Origin: an uncultured Actinomycetales bacterium | GTDB lineage: Bacteria; Actinomycetota; Actinomycetes; CAXTBU01 | NCBI GenBank assembly: GCA_964242885.1 | Contig: CAXTBU010000001.1 | Coordinates: forward strand, 22,454-86,453 | DNA: 64,000 nucleotides | Direction: 5' to 3' | Part shown: positions 20,232 through 31,604 of the stretch, piece by piece | Layout: each line of letters opens with the position of its first letter | Numbering within the stretch: position 1 is the first letter of the stretch | Position numbers and translations under genes: made by a program | The notes under the pieces: model-generated | What the model was told of the DNA's origin: nothing | Databases searched by the model: none | The model's input: the letters and a program-made list of their open reading frames with translations, nothing else

Positions 20232-21695
20232 GTGAGCTCCGACGTCGCCGACACCTACCGCGCCTGCCTGCCCCCGGGGGACCTCGGGGAGCTGCGGGTG
20301 GACGCCCTGGACCGCACCGGCGTCGCGGTGGTGGCCGCGGACTGGTCCGGCCCCGGCCAGCCGCCGTTCTCCTCGTTCGGTTACGGGACCACCGCCGCTC
20401 AGGCGACGGTCGGCGCCCTGGGTGAGCTCGCCGAGTCGGTCCACCTCACCGCCGCCCTGACCGCCCGCGAACGCCGCCAGGCGTCCTGCGCCCAGCTGCG
20501 CAACGAGCTCGGGACCGACCTGGTCGCGGACCCGCTGACGCTGACGCTCCCCGCGGGCAGCGGCTACCACGCCGACCGGCCGCTGCAGTGGCTGCCCGCG
20601 ACCCGGTGGCGGACCGGCGAGCAGGTGCTCGTGCCCGCGGAGTTCGTCGCCTGCCGCCCGGCGGACCTGCCCGGCGACGCCCCACCCGGCGGCTGGCTGA
20701 CCACACCGGTCACCAACGGCCTCGGCGCCGGGGACACCGTCGAGCGCGCGCTGTCCCACGCGCTGCTGGAGCTGGTGCAGCGCGACGGCAACACGGTGTC
20801 GCTGCGGGCGCTGGAGCAGGGAACGCTGATCGACTGCTCGACGCTGCGCGACCCGGCGGTCCGCGCCGTGCTGGACGGCCTGGCCGCGGTGGGGCTGGAA
20901 CCGCAGGTGCGGCTGGCCTCGACCGAGTTCGCGGTCGTCGTCCACGTCACCGCCCGCGACGACGACCCCGACGCGCCGCCGCTTGCGGTCACCGGCTGCG
21001 GGGAGGCTGCGCACCCGGACCGCGAGGTCGCGATCGGCCACGCCGCGCTGGAGTACGCCGCGTCCCGGGTCCGCAAGGTCTTCGCCCACGGCAGCCTGCA
21101 CGCCGTCCACCGGCTCGACCCGGCGTACCTCGACCGCGAGCTCGCCCGGCCGCTGCCGCCGCCGGAGCAGCGCTCACTGGACGCGATGACCGCGTGGTCG
21201 CGGATGACGGCGCCTGAGCTGACAGACCTGCTCACCCCGACGGTGCTCAGCCGGCGCCGAACCGTCGCCCTGGAGGACCTGCCCACGGTGCCGACCGGGT
21301 CCGCCGACGACCCGCGAGCACTGCTCACGCTGATGCTGGACCGGCTGGCGGCGTTCGACGTGCTCGTCCTCCCGGTGACCGCGACCGCGCCCGACGGCCG
21401 GGAGGTCACCGTCGTCAAGGCGATCGTGCCCGGACTGGAGGTGGAGACCCTGTCCTACCTGCGGATCGGCGAGCGGGTGCTGCGCCGGCTGCTGGACCGG
21501 GCCAGCCCGCTGGTCGGGCTGGGCACGGCCGGCGGGACCCGGCTGCCCGTTCGGCTGACCGAGGACGCCACCGCGCGGGTCGGCGGTCCGGCGTGGTTGG
21601 ACGCCGCGGCGGTCGACGCGACCGTCGGGCCGCTGTACCCGCTCTACCGCGAGCCCACCCGGCACGCCGTGCCCCGGCTGGCCGCGGCAATCTGA
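20232..21695 (+). CDS. YcaO-domain protein (standalone; no partner genes recognisable nearby)
   Basis: TNGLGAGDTVERALSHALLELVQRDGNTVS matches the YcaO ATP-binding/ELVERD-like motif; 487 aa; GTG start at 20232. Confidence 0.75.
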   Translation: MSSDVADTYRACLPPGDLGELRVDALDRTGVAVVAADWSGPGQPPFSSFGYGTTAAQATVGALGELAESVHLTAALTARERRQASCAQLRNELGTDLVADPLTLTLPAGSGYHADRPLQWLPATRWRTGEQVLVPAEFVACRPADLPGDAPPGGWLTTPVTNGLGAGDTVERALSHALLELVQRDGNTVSLRALEQGTLIDCSTLRDPAVRAVLDGLAAVGLEPQVRLASTEFAVVVHVTARDDDPDAPPLAVTGCGEAAHPDREVAIGHAALEYAASRVRKVFAHGSLHAVHRLDPAYLDRELARPLPPPEQRSLDAMTAWSRMTAPELTDLLTPTVLSRRRTVALEDLPTVPTGSADDPRALLTLMLDRLAAFDVLVLPVTATAPDGREVTVVKAIVPGLEVETLSYLRIGERVLRRLLDRASPLVGLGTAGGTRLPVRLTEDATARVGGPAWLDAAAVDATVGPLYPLYREPTRHAVPRLAAAI

Positions 21696-21722
21696 CCAGG
21701 TCTGACCGGGTGGGCCGCGCGG

Positions 21723-23108
21723 TCAGACCTCGAGGTCCTCGAGCATCTCGGTGACGAGAGCAGCGATCGCGGACCGCTCGGAGCGGGTGAGCGTGACGTG
21801 GGCGAACAGCGGGTGGCCCTTGAGCTTCTCCACCACCGCGACCACCCCGTCGTGCCGTCCCACGCGGAGGTTGTCGCGCTGCGCCACGTCGTGGGTCAGC
21901 ACGACGCGGGAGTTCTGCCCGATCCGGGACAGCACCGTCAGCAGCACGTTGCGTTCCAGGGACTGCGCCTCGTCGACGATGACGAACGAGTCGTGCAGCG
22001 ACCGGCCGCGGATGTGGGTCAGCGGCAGGACCTCCAGCAGGCCGCGGTCGACGACCTCCTCGACCACCGCCGGGGAGACGACGGCGTTGAGGGTGTCGAA
22101 CACCGCCTCCGCCCAGGGGTTCATCTTCTCGCCCTCGTTGCCCGGCAGGTAGCCGAGGTCCTGCCCACCGACGGCGTACAGCGGCCGGAACACGACGACC
22201 TTGCGGTGCTGGCCGTGCTCCATCACCGCCTCCAGCCCGGCGCACAGTGCGAGCGCGGACTTCCCGGTCCCGGCGCGCCCGCCGAGGGAGACGATGCCGA
22301 TGTCGGGGTCCAGCAGCAGGTCCAGGGCCACCCGCTGCTCGGCCGAGCGGCCCTGCAGGCCGAAGGCGTCCCGCCCGCCCGCCACCCGGCGGACCCGCTT
22401 GTCGACGGTCACCCGGCCGAGCGCGGAGCTGCCGTCCGCGGCGATCAGCTGGACCCCGGTGTGGCACGGCAGGTCTGCGGCCGCGGCCACCTCGGCGGTC
22501 CCGAGGCGGCGCAGCTCCTCGACGTCGGCCGCCTCGGCGCTCACCTCGGCCATCCCGGTCCACCCGGACTCCACCGCCAGCTCCGCGCGGTACTCCTCGG
22601 CGGCCATGCCGACGGCGGCGGCCTTGACCCGCATCGGCAGGTCCTTGCTCACCAGGGTGACGTCGTGCCCGTCGGCGGCGAGGTTGCGGGCGACGGCCAG
22701 GATCCGGCTGTCGTTGTCACCCAGCCGGAACCCGGCGGGCAGCACCGCCGCGTCGCTGTGGTTCAGCTCGACGCGGACCGTCCCGCCGGCGTCGCCGACC
22801 GGGATCGGCGCGTCGAGGCGGCCGTAGGAGATCCGCAGGTCGTCCAGCAGCCGCAGGGCCGACCGGGCGAAGTAGCCGAGCTCCGGATGGGCGCGCTTGG
22901 CCTCCAGCTCGGTGATCACCACCAGCGGCAGGACGACCTCGTGCTCGTGGAACCGGCGGATCGCCTGCGGGTCGGCCAGCAGCACGCTGGTGTCGAGCAC
23001 GTACGTGCGGCGCCCGTCCCCCGTCCGGTGGCTGTCCGTCCGGTGGCTGTCCGTGCGGTGGCTGTCCGTGCGGGGATCGGCGGTGCGGTGGGAGTCCGGG
23101 TGTGCCAC
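21723..23108 (-). CDS. phoH2: PhoH-like ATPase with N-terminal PIN domain (PhoH2)
   Basis: [12 protein letters not shown] (PIN) ...[18 protein letters not shown] (Walker A). GTG start 23108 after GAGGAG; N-terminal (RTDSH)x3 His-rich repeat. Confidence 0.85.
   Translation of the reverse strand: MAHPDSHRTADPRTDSHRTDSHRTDSHRTGDGRRTYVLDTSVLLADPQAIRRFHEHEVVLPLVVITELEAKRAHPELGYFARSALRLLDDLRISYGRLDAPIPVGDAGGTVRVELNHSDAAVLPAGFRLGDNDSRILAVARNLAADGHDVTLVSKDLPMRVKAAAVGMAAEEYRAELAVESGWTGMAEVSAEAADVEELRRLGTAEVAAAADLPCHTGVQLIAADGSSALGRVTVDKRVRRVAGGRDAFGLQGRSAEQRVALDLLLDPDIGIVSLGGRAGTGKSALALCAGLEAVMEHGQHRKVVVFRPLYAVGGQDLGYLPGNEGEKMNPWAEAVFDTLNAVVSPAVVEEVVDRGLLEVLPLTHIRGRSLHDSFVIVDEAQSLERNVLLTVLSRIGQNSRVVLTHDVAQRDNLRVGRHDGVVAVVEKLKGHPLFAHVTLTRSERSAIAALVTEMLEDLEV
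23025..23069. repeat. 15-bp tandem repeat x3 (ccggtggctgtccgt) encoding DSHRT repeats at the phoH2 N-terminus
   Basis: Read directly in sequence. Confidence 0.85.
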
Positions 23109-23360
23109 GTCAGCTCCTCGTCCGGTCCGCCGCGCCTGCGCCGGCGGGAACCGGTGCTCAGCGGGTGGACCGGGAGGGTCCCGGGTCGTGCACGAACGCC
23201 TGCCGGCGGCCGGGTGGCCAGGCCACCCGGCCAGCTGGCGCAGACATCTGCACGAAGCGGCCTCCCGGAACGGCCGGTGCCCCCGGCCGTCTGCCGCCGA
23301 CGCTAACCGACCGACCTGTCCTGTCGGCGTCGGCCCGCCGTGGCGCGTCGGAGTGCTGTG

Positions 23361-24154
23361 TCAGGCGCCGAACCGGCGGTGCCGCTGGGCATAGGACCGC
23401 AGGGCCCGCAGGAAGTCGACCTTGCGGAAGGCGGGCCAGTAGGCCTCGCAGAAGTACAGCTCCGAGTGTGCGGACTGCCACAGCAGGAACCCGCTCATCC
23501 GCTGCTCACCCGAGGTCCGGATGATCAGGTCCGGGTCCGGCTGCCCACGCGTGTACAGGTGTTCCGCGATGTGCTCGACGTCGAGGATGTCGGCGAGCTC
23601 CTCGATGGTGGTCCCGGCGCGGGCGTGCTCCTGCAGCAGCGACCGGACGGCGTCGGCGATCTCCCGGCGGCCGCCGTACCCGATCGCGACGTTGACCAGC
23701 ATCCCCGGCCGGTCCCCGGTCGAGTCGGCCGCGGCCTTGAGCGACACCGCGGTCTCGGCCGGCAGCAGGTCCAGGGCGCCCATCGGGTGGATCCGCCAGT
23801 GCCCGGTGGCGGCGAGCTCCTGGACCGTGGTGTCGATGATCTCGACCAGCGCCGCCACCTCGGCCGGGGACCGCGACAGGTTCTCCGTCGACAGCAGCCA
23901 GATGGTGACGACCTCGACGCCGACGTCGTCGCACCACTCGAGCAGGTCCCGGATCCGTCCCGCCCCGGTCCGGTGGCCGTCGATGTCGGATCCGCCGACC
24001 GACCGCGCCCAGCGCCGGTTGCCGTCGAGCATGACGGCCACGTGCCGCGGGACCCGGTCCCGGTCGACGGCGGCGGCCAGGCGGCGTCCGTACAGCCGGT
24101 AGGCCAGCTCCCGCAGGGACTCCCGGGACACGGGCCCGGACGGGTTGCTGGCCA
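23361..24154 (-). CDS. Isoprenyl transferase (cis-prenyl diphosphate synthase, UppS family; Rv1086-like short-chain Z-prenyl diphosphate synthase)
   Basis: PRHVAVMLDGNRRWA...RTSGEQRMSGFLLWQSAHSELYF. Start tentatively GTG 24154; the upstream 106 codons of the track ORF are doubtful. Confidence 0.8.
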
Positions 24155-24279
24155 CGTCGTCCTCCGTCTCGGCGCTGAACCGGGCGGACGGCCCGCCGAC
24201 GCCGACGGTAGCCCTCGGCGCGGCCGCGCACCGGCCGCCCCGACTAGCCTGAGCGCCGCGCCCGCCGGGACCGGTCCGG

Positions 24280-24987
24280 GTGCGGAGGGGGCCGGGACAG
24301 GCGATGACCGAGGCGTCGGCTGGTCCGCTCGCGTCGCGAGCCGCAGCTGCGGTGAAGCCGAGGCTGCGCGGGTGGCTGCACGCCGGGATCTTCCCGGTGG
24401 CCGTGGTGGCCGGGATCCTGCTCGTCGCGCTGGCGCCGACCCGGGGCGCCCGGCTGTCCATCGCCGTGTTCACCGTGACCGCCGGCCTGCTGTTCGGGGT
24501 CAGCGCGCTCTACCACCGGGGCCGGTGGTCACCCGGCACCCAGGCCGCGCTGCGGCGGCTGGACCACTCGAACATCTTCCTGCTCATCGCCGGCACCTAC
24601 ACCCCACTCGCCGCGATCCTGCTCGACCGCCCGGCGGCGGGGTTGCTGCTGGTCCTGGTCTGGACCGGCGCGGCGCTGGGCGTCGCGTTCCGGGTGCTGT
24701 GGATCGGTGCGCCCCGGTGGCTGTACGTCCCGGTGTACGTCGCGATGGGCTTCTCGGCGGTGTTCTGGCTGCCCGCCTTCGACCGCGCCGGCGGCGCCGC
24801 CGTGGCGACGTTGGTGGTGACCGGCGGCGTGTTCTACGTGCTCGGCGCGCTCGCCTACGGCGTGCGCCGGCCGAACCCGGCGCCGGCGTGGTTCGGGTTC
24901 CACGAGGTGTTCCACAGCTGCACCGTGCTCGGCTTCGGCGCCCACTTCACCGCGATCGCCCTGGCCGCCTGGGCCGGGCGGGCCTGA
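24280..24987 (+). CDS. Hemolysin III family membrane protein (PAQR/YqfA-like)
   Basis: KPRLRGWLHAGIFPV...LDHSNIFLLIAGTYTP...FHEVFH; 7-TM pattern; alternative start ATG 24304. Confidence 0.8.
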   Translation: MRRGPGQAMTEASAGPLASRAAAAVKPRLRGWLHAGIFPVAVVAGILLVALAPTRGARLSIAVFTVTAGLLFGVSALYHRGRWSPGTQAALRRLDHSNIFLLIAGTYTPLAAILLDRPAAGLLLVLVWTGAALGVAFRVLWIGAPRWLYVPVYVAMGFSAVFWLPAFDRAGGAAVATLVVTGGVFYVLGALAYGVRRPNPAPAWFGFHEVFHSCTVLGFGAHFTAIALAAWAGRA

Positions 24988-25039
24988 CCCGAGCGGACGC
25001 CGGCCGGCGGGTCAGCCGGCCGGGGGTCGGCCGGCCGGG

Positions 25040-27109
<2,070 letters not shown>

Positions 27110-27217
27110 GGCTCCACCGTCCCACGGAGCACCCTGCGCCCCGGCGGACCGTCCAGTGGCGAGTTCGTCCCGCTCAGCGGGCAGAACTCGCCACTCGACG
27201 CGACTCGGGCCGCAGGT

Positions 27218-27569
27218 TCAGCGACGGCGGCGGGACCGGGTCGACCCGTGCGGTGCCCGGGGGGGCTCATCGGGCCCCGGTTCCGGCGCCGGACCGGCCA
27301 CCGCACCGGGGCGGCCGGCGTCGACGGGCTCGGCGGAGTCGTCGCCGGAGCCGTCGTCGAAGTCGACCTTGCGCATCTGTTTGCCCATCGAGCGCACGAG
27401 GAAGAACAGACCGACCCCCAGCAGCACCACGGTCCAGAACGCGATGGGGCCCGGGCCGATGTTCTGCGGGTTGTCCCCCGGGTTCCCGACCGGCGTCGGG
27501 GTCGGCGATCCGGCGGCCAGGACCGCCGGCAGCGACCCCAGGAACCCCACCGACGCCAGCGGGGTCATC
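27218..27569 (-). CDS. Small membrane protein (Rv1083-like position), one TM helix
   Basis: [20 protein letters not shown]...[26 protein letters not shown]; ATG start overlaps mca stop (ATGA at 27565-27569). Only the last 117 codons of the 494-aa track ORF are accepted. Confidence 0.55.
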
Positions 27570-28560
27570 GTCGGAGCCCCGCGAACAGGTCGTCCTCGGG
27601 CGCGGCGGTCGGCGCCAGGCTCTCGACCAGCTGGAAGTCCTCGGTCGGCCAGGTCCGCCGCTGGACGTCGAGCGGCACGCTGAACCAGCCGCTGTCCGGG
27701 TCGATCTGGGTGGCGTGCGCGATCAGCGCCTCGTCCCGGACCTGGAAGAACTCCCCGCACGGCACCCGGGTGGTGACCAGCGTGTCCGGGTCCGGGGTCA
27801 GGTCGGCGCCCTCGCTCTCTGCCTCCTCGACCCACTGCTTCACCCGGTCGGCGTAGGGCGACTCGACCCCGAGCTCGACCAGCGCGTCGTGCAGCGCGAC
27901 CAGTCGCGCCCGGCTGAACGAGCGGTGGTAGTAGAGCTTGCTCGGCTGCCAGGCCGGCCCGGCGTCGGGGAACCGGTCCGGGTCCCCCACCGCCTCCCAC
28001 GCGGCGGCCGTCACCTCGTGGGTGCGGATGTGGTCCGGGTGCGGGTAGCCGCCGGTCTCGTCGTAGGTGGTCACGACGTGCGGCCGCAGCCGGCGCAGCT
28101 CCCGGACGAGGGCCTCGGTGGACTCCGCCAACGGCACGAGCGCGAAGCAGCCCGGCGGCAGGGGCGGCTTCGGGTCGCCCTCCGGCAGCCCCGAGTCCAC
28201 GAACCCCAGCCAGGTCTGGGACACGCCCAGGATCTGCGCCGCCCGGGCCATCTCCGCCCGCCGGATCTCGCTGAGGTTCGCGACCACCTCCGGCCGGTCC
28301 ATCTTCGGGTTGAGGATCGACCCGGCCTCGCCGCCGGTGCACGTCACGACGGTCACCTCGACGCCCTCCGCGGCGTAGCGCGCGGAGCTGGCCGCGCCCT
28401 TGCTGGACTCGTCGTCGGGGTGCGCGTGCACGTGCACCAGGCGCAGCGGGCCGTCGCCGACCGGGCCGGGGACGCGCCGGCGCCCGGCCGTGCTCGTCGG
28501 GTCGGTCGCCTGGTCGGGCCCGGCGCCCGGCGTGTCCGTCGATTCGATGGTGGTGGTCAC
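27565..28560 (-). CDS. mca: Mycothiol S-conjugate amidase (Mca; LmbE-like deacetylase family, could also be MshB)
   Basis: [31 protein letters not shown]...[23 protein letters not shown] start 28558-28560 after GGGAGA is tentative. The upstream part of the 896-aa track ORF is rejected. Confidence 0.8.
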   Translation of the reverse strand: MTTTIESTDTPGAGPDQATDPTSTAGRRRVPGPVGDGPLRLVHVHAHPDDESSKGAASSARYAAEGVEVTVVTCTGGEAGSILNPKMDRPEVVANLSEIRRAEMARAAQILGVSQTWLGFVDSGLPEGDPKPPLPPGCFALVPLAESTEALVRELRRLRPHVVTTYDETGGYPHPDHIRTHEVTAAAWEAVGDPDRFPDAGPAWQPSKLYYHRSFSRARLVALHDALVELGVESPYADRVKQWVEEAESEGADLTPDPDTLVTTRVPCGEFFQVRDEALIAHATQIDPDSGWFSVPLDVQRRTWPTEDFQLVESLAPTAAPEDDLFAGLRR

Positions 28561-28710
28561 CGCGGTCGTTCTCCCAGCCTCGCCGTGCGTCGGCGTCCGT
28601 CGCGTGCTTGCCGTGGATGGCCCGCCCCGGGGTGCGCGGGCGGACTGCAGCACCATGGTGACGTGCCGCAGCCGCCTCCCCCCACCGCGGGGCCCGGGGC
28701 ACGAGTCGAC

Positions 28711-28776
28711 CGGGACCCAGCCGGGCGCGACCCAGCCGGGCGGGACCCAGCCGGGCGCGACCCGGCCGACCGGGAC
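28711..28776. repeat. 15-bp tandem repeat x4 (gacccagccgggcg[c/g]) in frame with downstream DUF4307 gene (would encode DPAGR repeats)
   Basis: Read directly. Confidence 0.8.
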
Positions 28777-28782
28777 CTGCTG

Positions 28783-29235
28783 GTGCGCCGGTACGGCCCC
28801 CGACGGGCCGACGAGCTGCTGGCGCTGGTCGACGGCCGGCCGGCGGCCCGGCAGCGGGTGCGCCCGGTCGCGGTGCTCGCGCTGGTCACGCTGGCGGTGC
28901 TGGCGACCTGGGTGGTCTGGGCGTGGCGGTCGGCGAACACCGGGGCGGTGACCGCCGACCTGCTGCGGTTCGCGGACCCCACCTCCGACACCTCCCTGGT
29001 CGTCACCTGGAGCGTCAGCCGCGACCCGGGCACCACCGTGGAGTGCCAGGTGACGGCGACGGACCGGACCAGCGCGACGGTCGGCGTGCGCAGCGTCACG
29101 GTGGCGCCCCGGGGCGACCGGACCACGCAGGTGGTGACCGACGTACGCACCACCTCCCGCGCCGCGAACGCGTCGGTCGGCGGCTGCCGGACGGTCCCGG
29201 CCGCGGGCGCCGCCAGCCCCCCGACACCCGGCTGA
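28783..29235 (+). CDS. DUF4307 domain protein (Rv1081c-like)
   Basis: [20 protein letters not shown]...[20 protein letters not shown] (TM) then conserved domain. Alternative in-frame GTG at 28663 would add a Pro/Asp/Arg-rich repeat extension. Confidence 0.6.
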   Translation: MRRYGPRRADELLALVDGRPAARQRVRPVAVLALVTLAVLATWVVWAWRSANTGAVTADLLRFADPTSDTSLVVTWSVSRDPGTTVECQVTATDRTSATVGVRSVTVAPRGDRTTQVVTDVRTTSRAANASVGGCRTVPAAGAASPPTPG

Positions 29236-29439
29236 GCCGGCCCGTCCCCACGCCCGGGAAGCCGCCGACCATGGCCGAGGGGAGTGTCGGATTGCTAACG
29301 TCGCCCGGATCGGCTGCCGCGCACCGGCGCAGCAGACCCCGCCTCCGGGCGGTTCCGAACCCACCTGACGCCCCGACGACGTCGTCGGCAGATCACCGGA
29401 GCCCGGTACGACGAGGCCCCGGCCCCTGAGGAGTCCGCC

Positions 29440-29973
29440 ATGACCCAGACACACCAGAACGCCCAGACCCCCGCGACCGGGGGTGACGTGGTGTGGCTGA
29501 CCCAGGAGGCCCACGACCGGCTGCAGGCCGAGCTGACCCAGCTGTCGGGCCCGGGCCGGGTCGAGATCGCCCGGATCATCGAGGAGGCCCGCGCCGAGGG
29601 CGACCTGCGGGAGAACGGCGGGTACACCGCGGCGCGCGAGGAACAGAGCAAGCGCGAGGGCCGGATCCGCCAGCTGGACCAGATGCTGCAGCGGGCCAAG
29701 GTCGGCGCACCGCCCGCCGAGGCCGGCGTGGTCGCCCCCGGGTCCAAGGTCACGGCCCGCTTCGTCGGTGACGACGAGGTGGTCACGTTCGTGCTGGGGT
29801 CCCGCGAGGTCGTCGGCCTCGACGACTCGGTGGACCTGGACGTCTACTCCCCGCAGTCCCCGCTGGGCACCGCGGTGAACGGCCACGTCGCCGGGGACCG
29901 GGTGTCGTTCAAGACGCCGACCGGGGTGTCGATGGAGGTCGACATCCTCGACGCGGCGCCGTTCACCGTCTGA
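29440..29973 (+). CDS. greA: Transcription elongation factor GreA
   Basis: [20 protein letters not shown]...[22 protein letters not shown]...; 177 aa. Confidence 0.95.
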   Translation: MTQTHQNAQTPATGGDVVWLTQEAHDRLQAELTQLSGPGRVEIARIIEEARAEGDLRENGGYTAAREEQSKREGRIRQLDQMLQRAKVGAPPAEAGVVAPGSKVTARFVGDDEVVTFVLGSREVVGLDDSVDLDVYSPQSPLGTAVNGHVAGDRVSFKTPTGVSMEVDILDAAPFTV

Positions 29974-30004
29974 GCTGGGGCTCGGCACCCGGCAGGATGC
30001 GGGC

Positions 30005-30580
30005 GTGCTGCTCTCCGACCGCGACATCCGCACCGCCCTCGCCGAGCGCCGGGTCACCCTGGACCCGCACGACCCGGCGATGGTCCAGCCGTCCAGCGTC
30101 GACGTGCGGCTGGACCGGTGGTTCCGGCTGTTCGACAACCACCGGTACGGGGTCATCGACCCGGCCGTGGACCAGCCTGACCTGACGCGCCTGGTCGAGG
30201 TCGAGCCCGACGAGTCGTTCGTCCTGCACCCCGGCGAGTTCGTCCTCGGGTCCACCTACGAGCGGGTCGGGTTGGGCGACGACATCGCGGCGCGGCTGGA
30301 GGGCAAGTCCAGCCTCGGCCGGCTCGGGCTGCTCACCCACTCCACGGCCGGGTTCATCGACCCCGGGTTCACCGGGCACGTGACCCTCGAGCTGAGCAAC
30401 GTCGCCACCCTGCCGATCCAGTTGTGGCCGGGGATGAAGATCGGCCAGCTGTGCTTCTTCACCCTCTCCAGCCCCGCCCAGGACCCGTACGGCAGTGGCC
30501 GGCACGGCTCCCGCTACCAGGACCAGCGGGGGCCGACCGCCAGCCGGTCGTCGGTGAACTTCCACCGCACCCGCGTCTGA
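30005..30580 (+). CDS. dcd: dCTP deaminase
   Basis: [20 protein letters not shown]...VDVRLD...[21 protein letters not shown]; 191 aa. Confidence 0.9.
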   Translation: MLLSDRDIRTALAERRVTLDPHDPAMVQPSSVDVRLDRWFRLFDNHRYGVIDPAVDQPDLTRLVEVEPDESFVLHPGEFVLGSTYERVGLGDDIAARLEGKSSLGRLGLLTHSTAGFIDPGFTGHVTLELSNVATLPIQLWPGMKIGQLCFFTLSSPAQDPYGSGRHGSRYQDQRGPTASRSSVNFHRTRV

Positions 30581-30830
30581 TCCAGCCCGGCCGATCGCGC
30601 CACCGATCTCTGCTGCCAAAGGATCATTGACGCCGTGGAGTGGCGCATCACGCATTGCGTCGAGTCGGCAACTGATCGTCCATTGATCGCTGTGGAATTG
30701 GCCTTGTCGTCACTCGTCCGGACTTGTTCGTGACCCAGATGACCCTGGAGCCGGGATAGCAATTCGCGTACGCTCTCGTCAGGCCTTGCGCTCCAATGCT
30801 CATTCCGGCACGGGTGGACACCGACGACGA

Positions 30831-31550
30831 ATGGTCACCCACATGATCACCAGAGCACCTCGCGCGACTCCCGCCTCCACAGGTCCGGACGGAAGTGCGT
30901 CCCGCCCGGACCTGCTGGCGTGCGCCGTCGACGTCGCGCGTCGCTTCGGCTCGCGCAGGGTCGGTCTCGAGCACCTGCTGCTCGTGCTCTGTGGTGGCAC
31001 GGAGCCGGTGGCCGCGCCGTACCGGGCGCAGGCCGAGCGGCTCGGCGTGCCGTGCGACCACCTGCGCGTGGTGCTGGAGGGCCAGCTGGGCGGTTCCCGC
31101 CGGGCGGGTCGGGTGCGCGGGCGCCGCTTCCCGCCCGTCGAGGTCTCACCGTCGGTCGGGCTCGCGCTCCGGGCCGCCCAGCGGCGCGGCCACGGGCTCG
31201 ACGTGGGGCTGCTGCTGTCGGTGGTGCTCGCGGAGTTCGACGAGCCCGCTGGGACGGCCCTGCGTGAGGTGGGGTTCGACGACGAGCAGCTGGACGGGCG
31301 TGCTGCCCGACCGCCGGCACGGTCGGGCCCGGCGGCGGCACCGCAACGTCCCACCCCGGCCGACCCCGAGCGGACGGGCCTGTCGGGGCGACCGGGCGCG
31401 CCTGGCGTGCCCGGCGTGCCTGACGTCGTCGGCGTCCCCTCGGCGGTCGTCCCGCCGTGGGCAACCGGCGCGCTCGGCCGGGTCGGCCGCGACGGGTCCG
31501 CGCGCCGGGCGCAGGTGGGGTCGGTGGGAACTCGTCGCGCACGACACTGA
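30831..31550 (+). CDS. Clp N-terminal (Clp_N/ClpR repeat) domain-containing protein
   Basis: Two Clp_N-like repeats (GLEHLLLVLCGG...LGVPCDHLRVVLE and VSPSVGLALRAAQRRGHGLDVGLLLSVVLAEFDEPAGTALREVGF), Pro-rich tail. ATG 30831. Confidence 0.5.
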   Translation: MVTHMITRAPRATPASTGPDGSASRPDLLACAVDVARRFGSRRVGLEHLLLVLCGGTEPVAAPYRAQAERLGVPCDHLRVVLEGQLGGSRRAGRVRGRRFPPVEVSPSVGLALRAAQRRGHGLDVGLLLSVVLAEFDEPAGTALREVGFDDEQLDGRAARPPARSGPAAAPQRPTPADPERTGLSGRPGAPGVPGVPDVVGVPSAVVPPWATGALGRVGRDGSARRAQVGSVGTRRARH

Positions 31551-31604
31551 AGCCCCGACGACACGGCTGCCCCGACGACGGCCGCGTCGCGGGCTGCGCG
31601 GCGG

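Noticed and set aside
27565-30255. 896-aa minus-strand ORF (also the 494-aa ORF 27218-28702)
   Set aside because: Only the 3' ~330 codons (mca) and, in the other frame, the 3' 117 codons (small membrane protein) have protein-like composition. The remainder overlaps greA and the DUF4307 gene and is Arg/Gly/Pro-rich high-GC noise.
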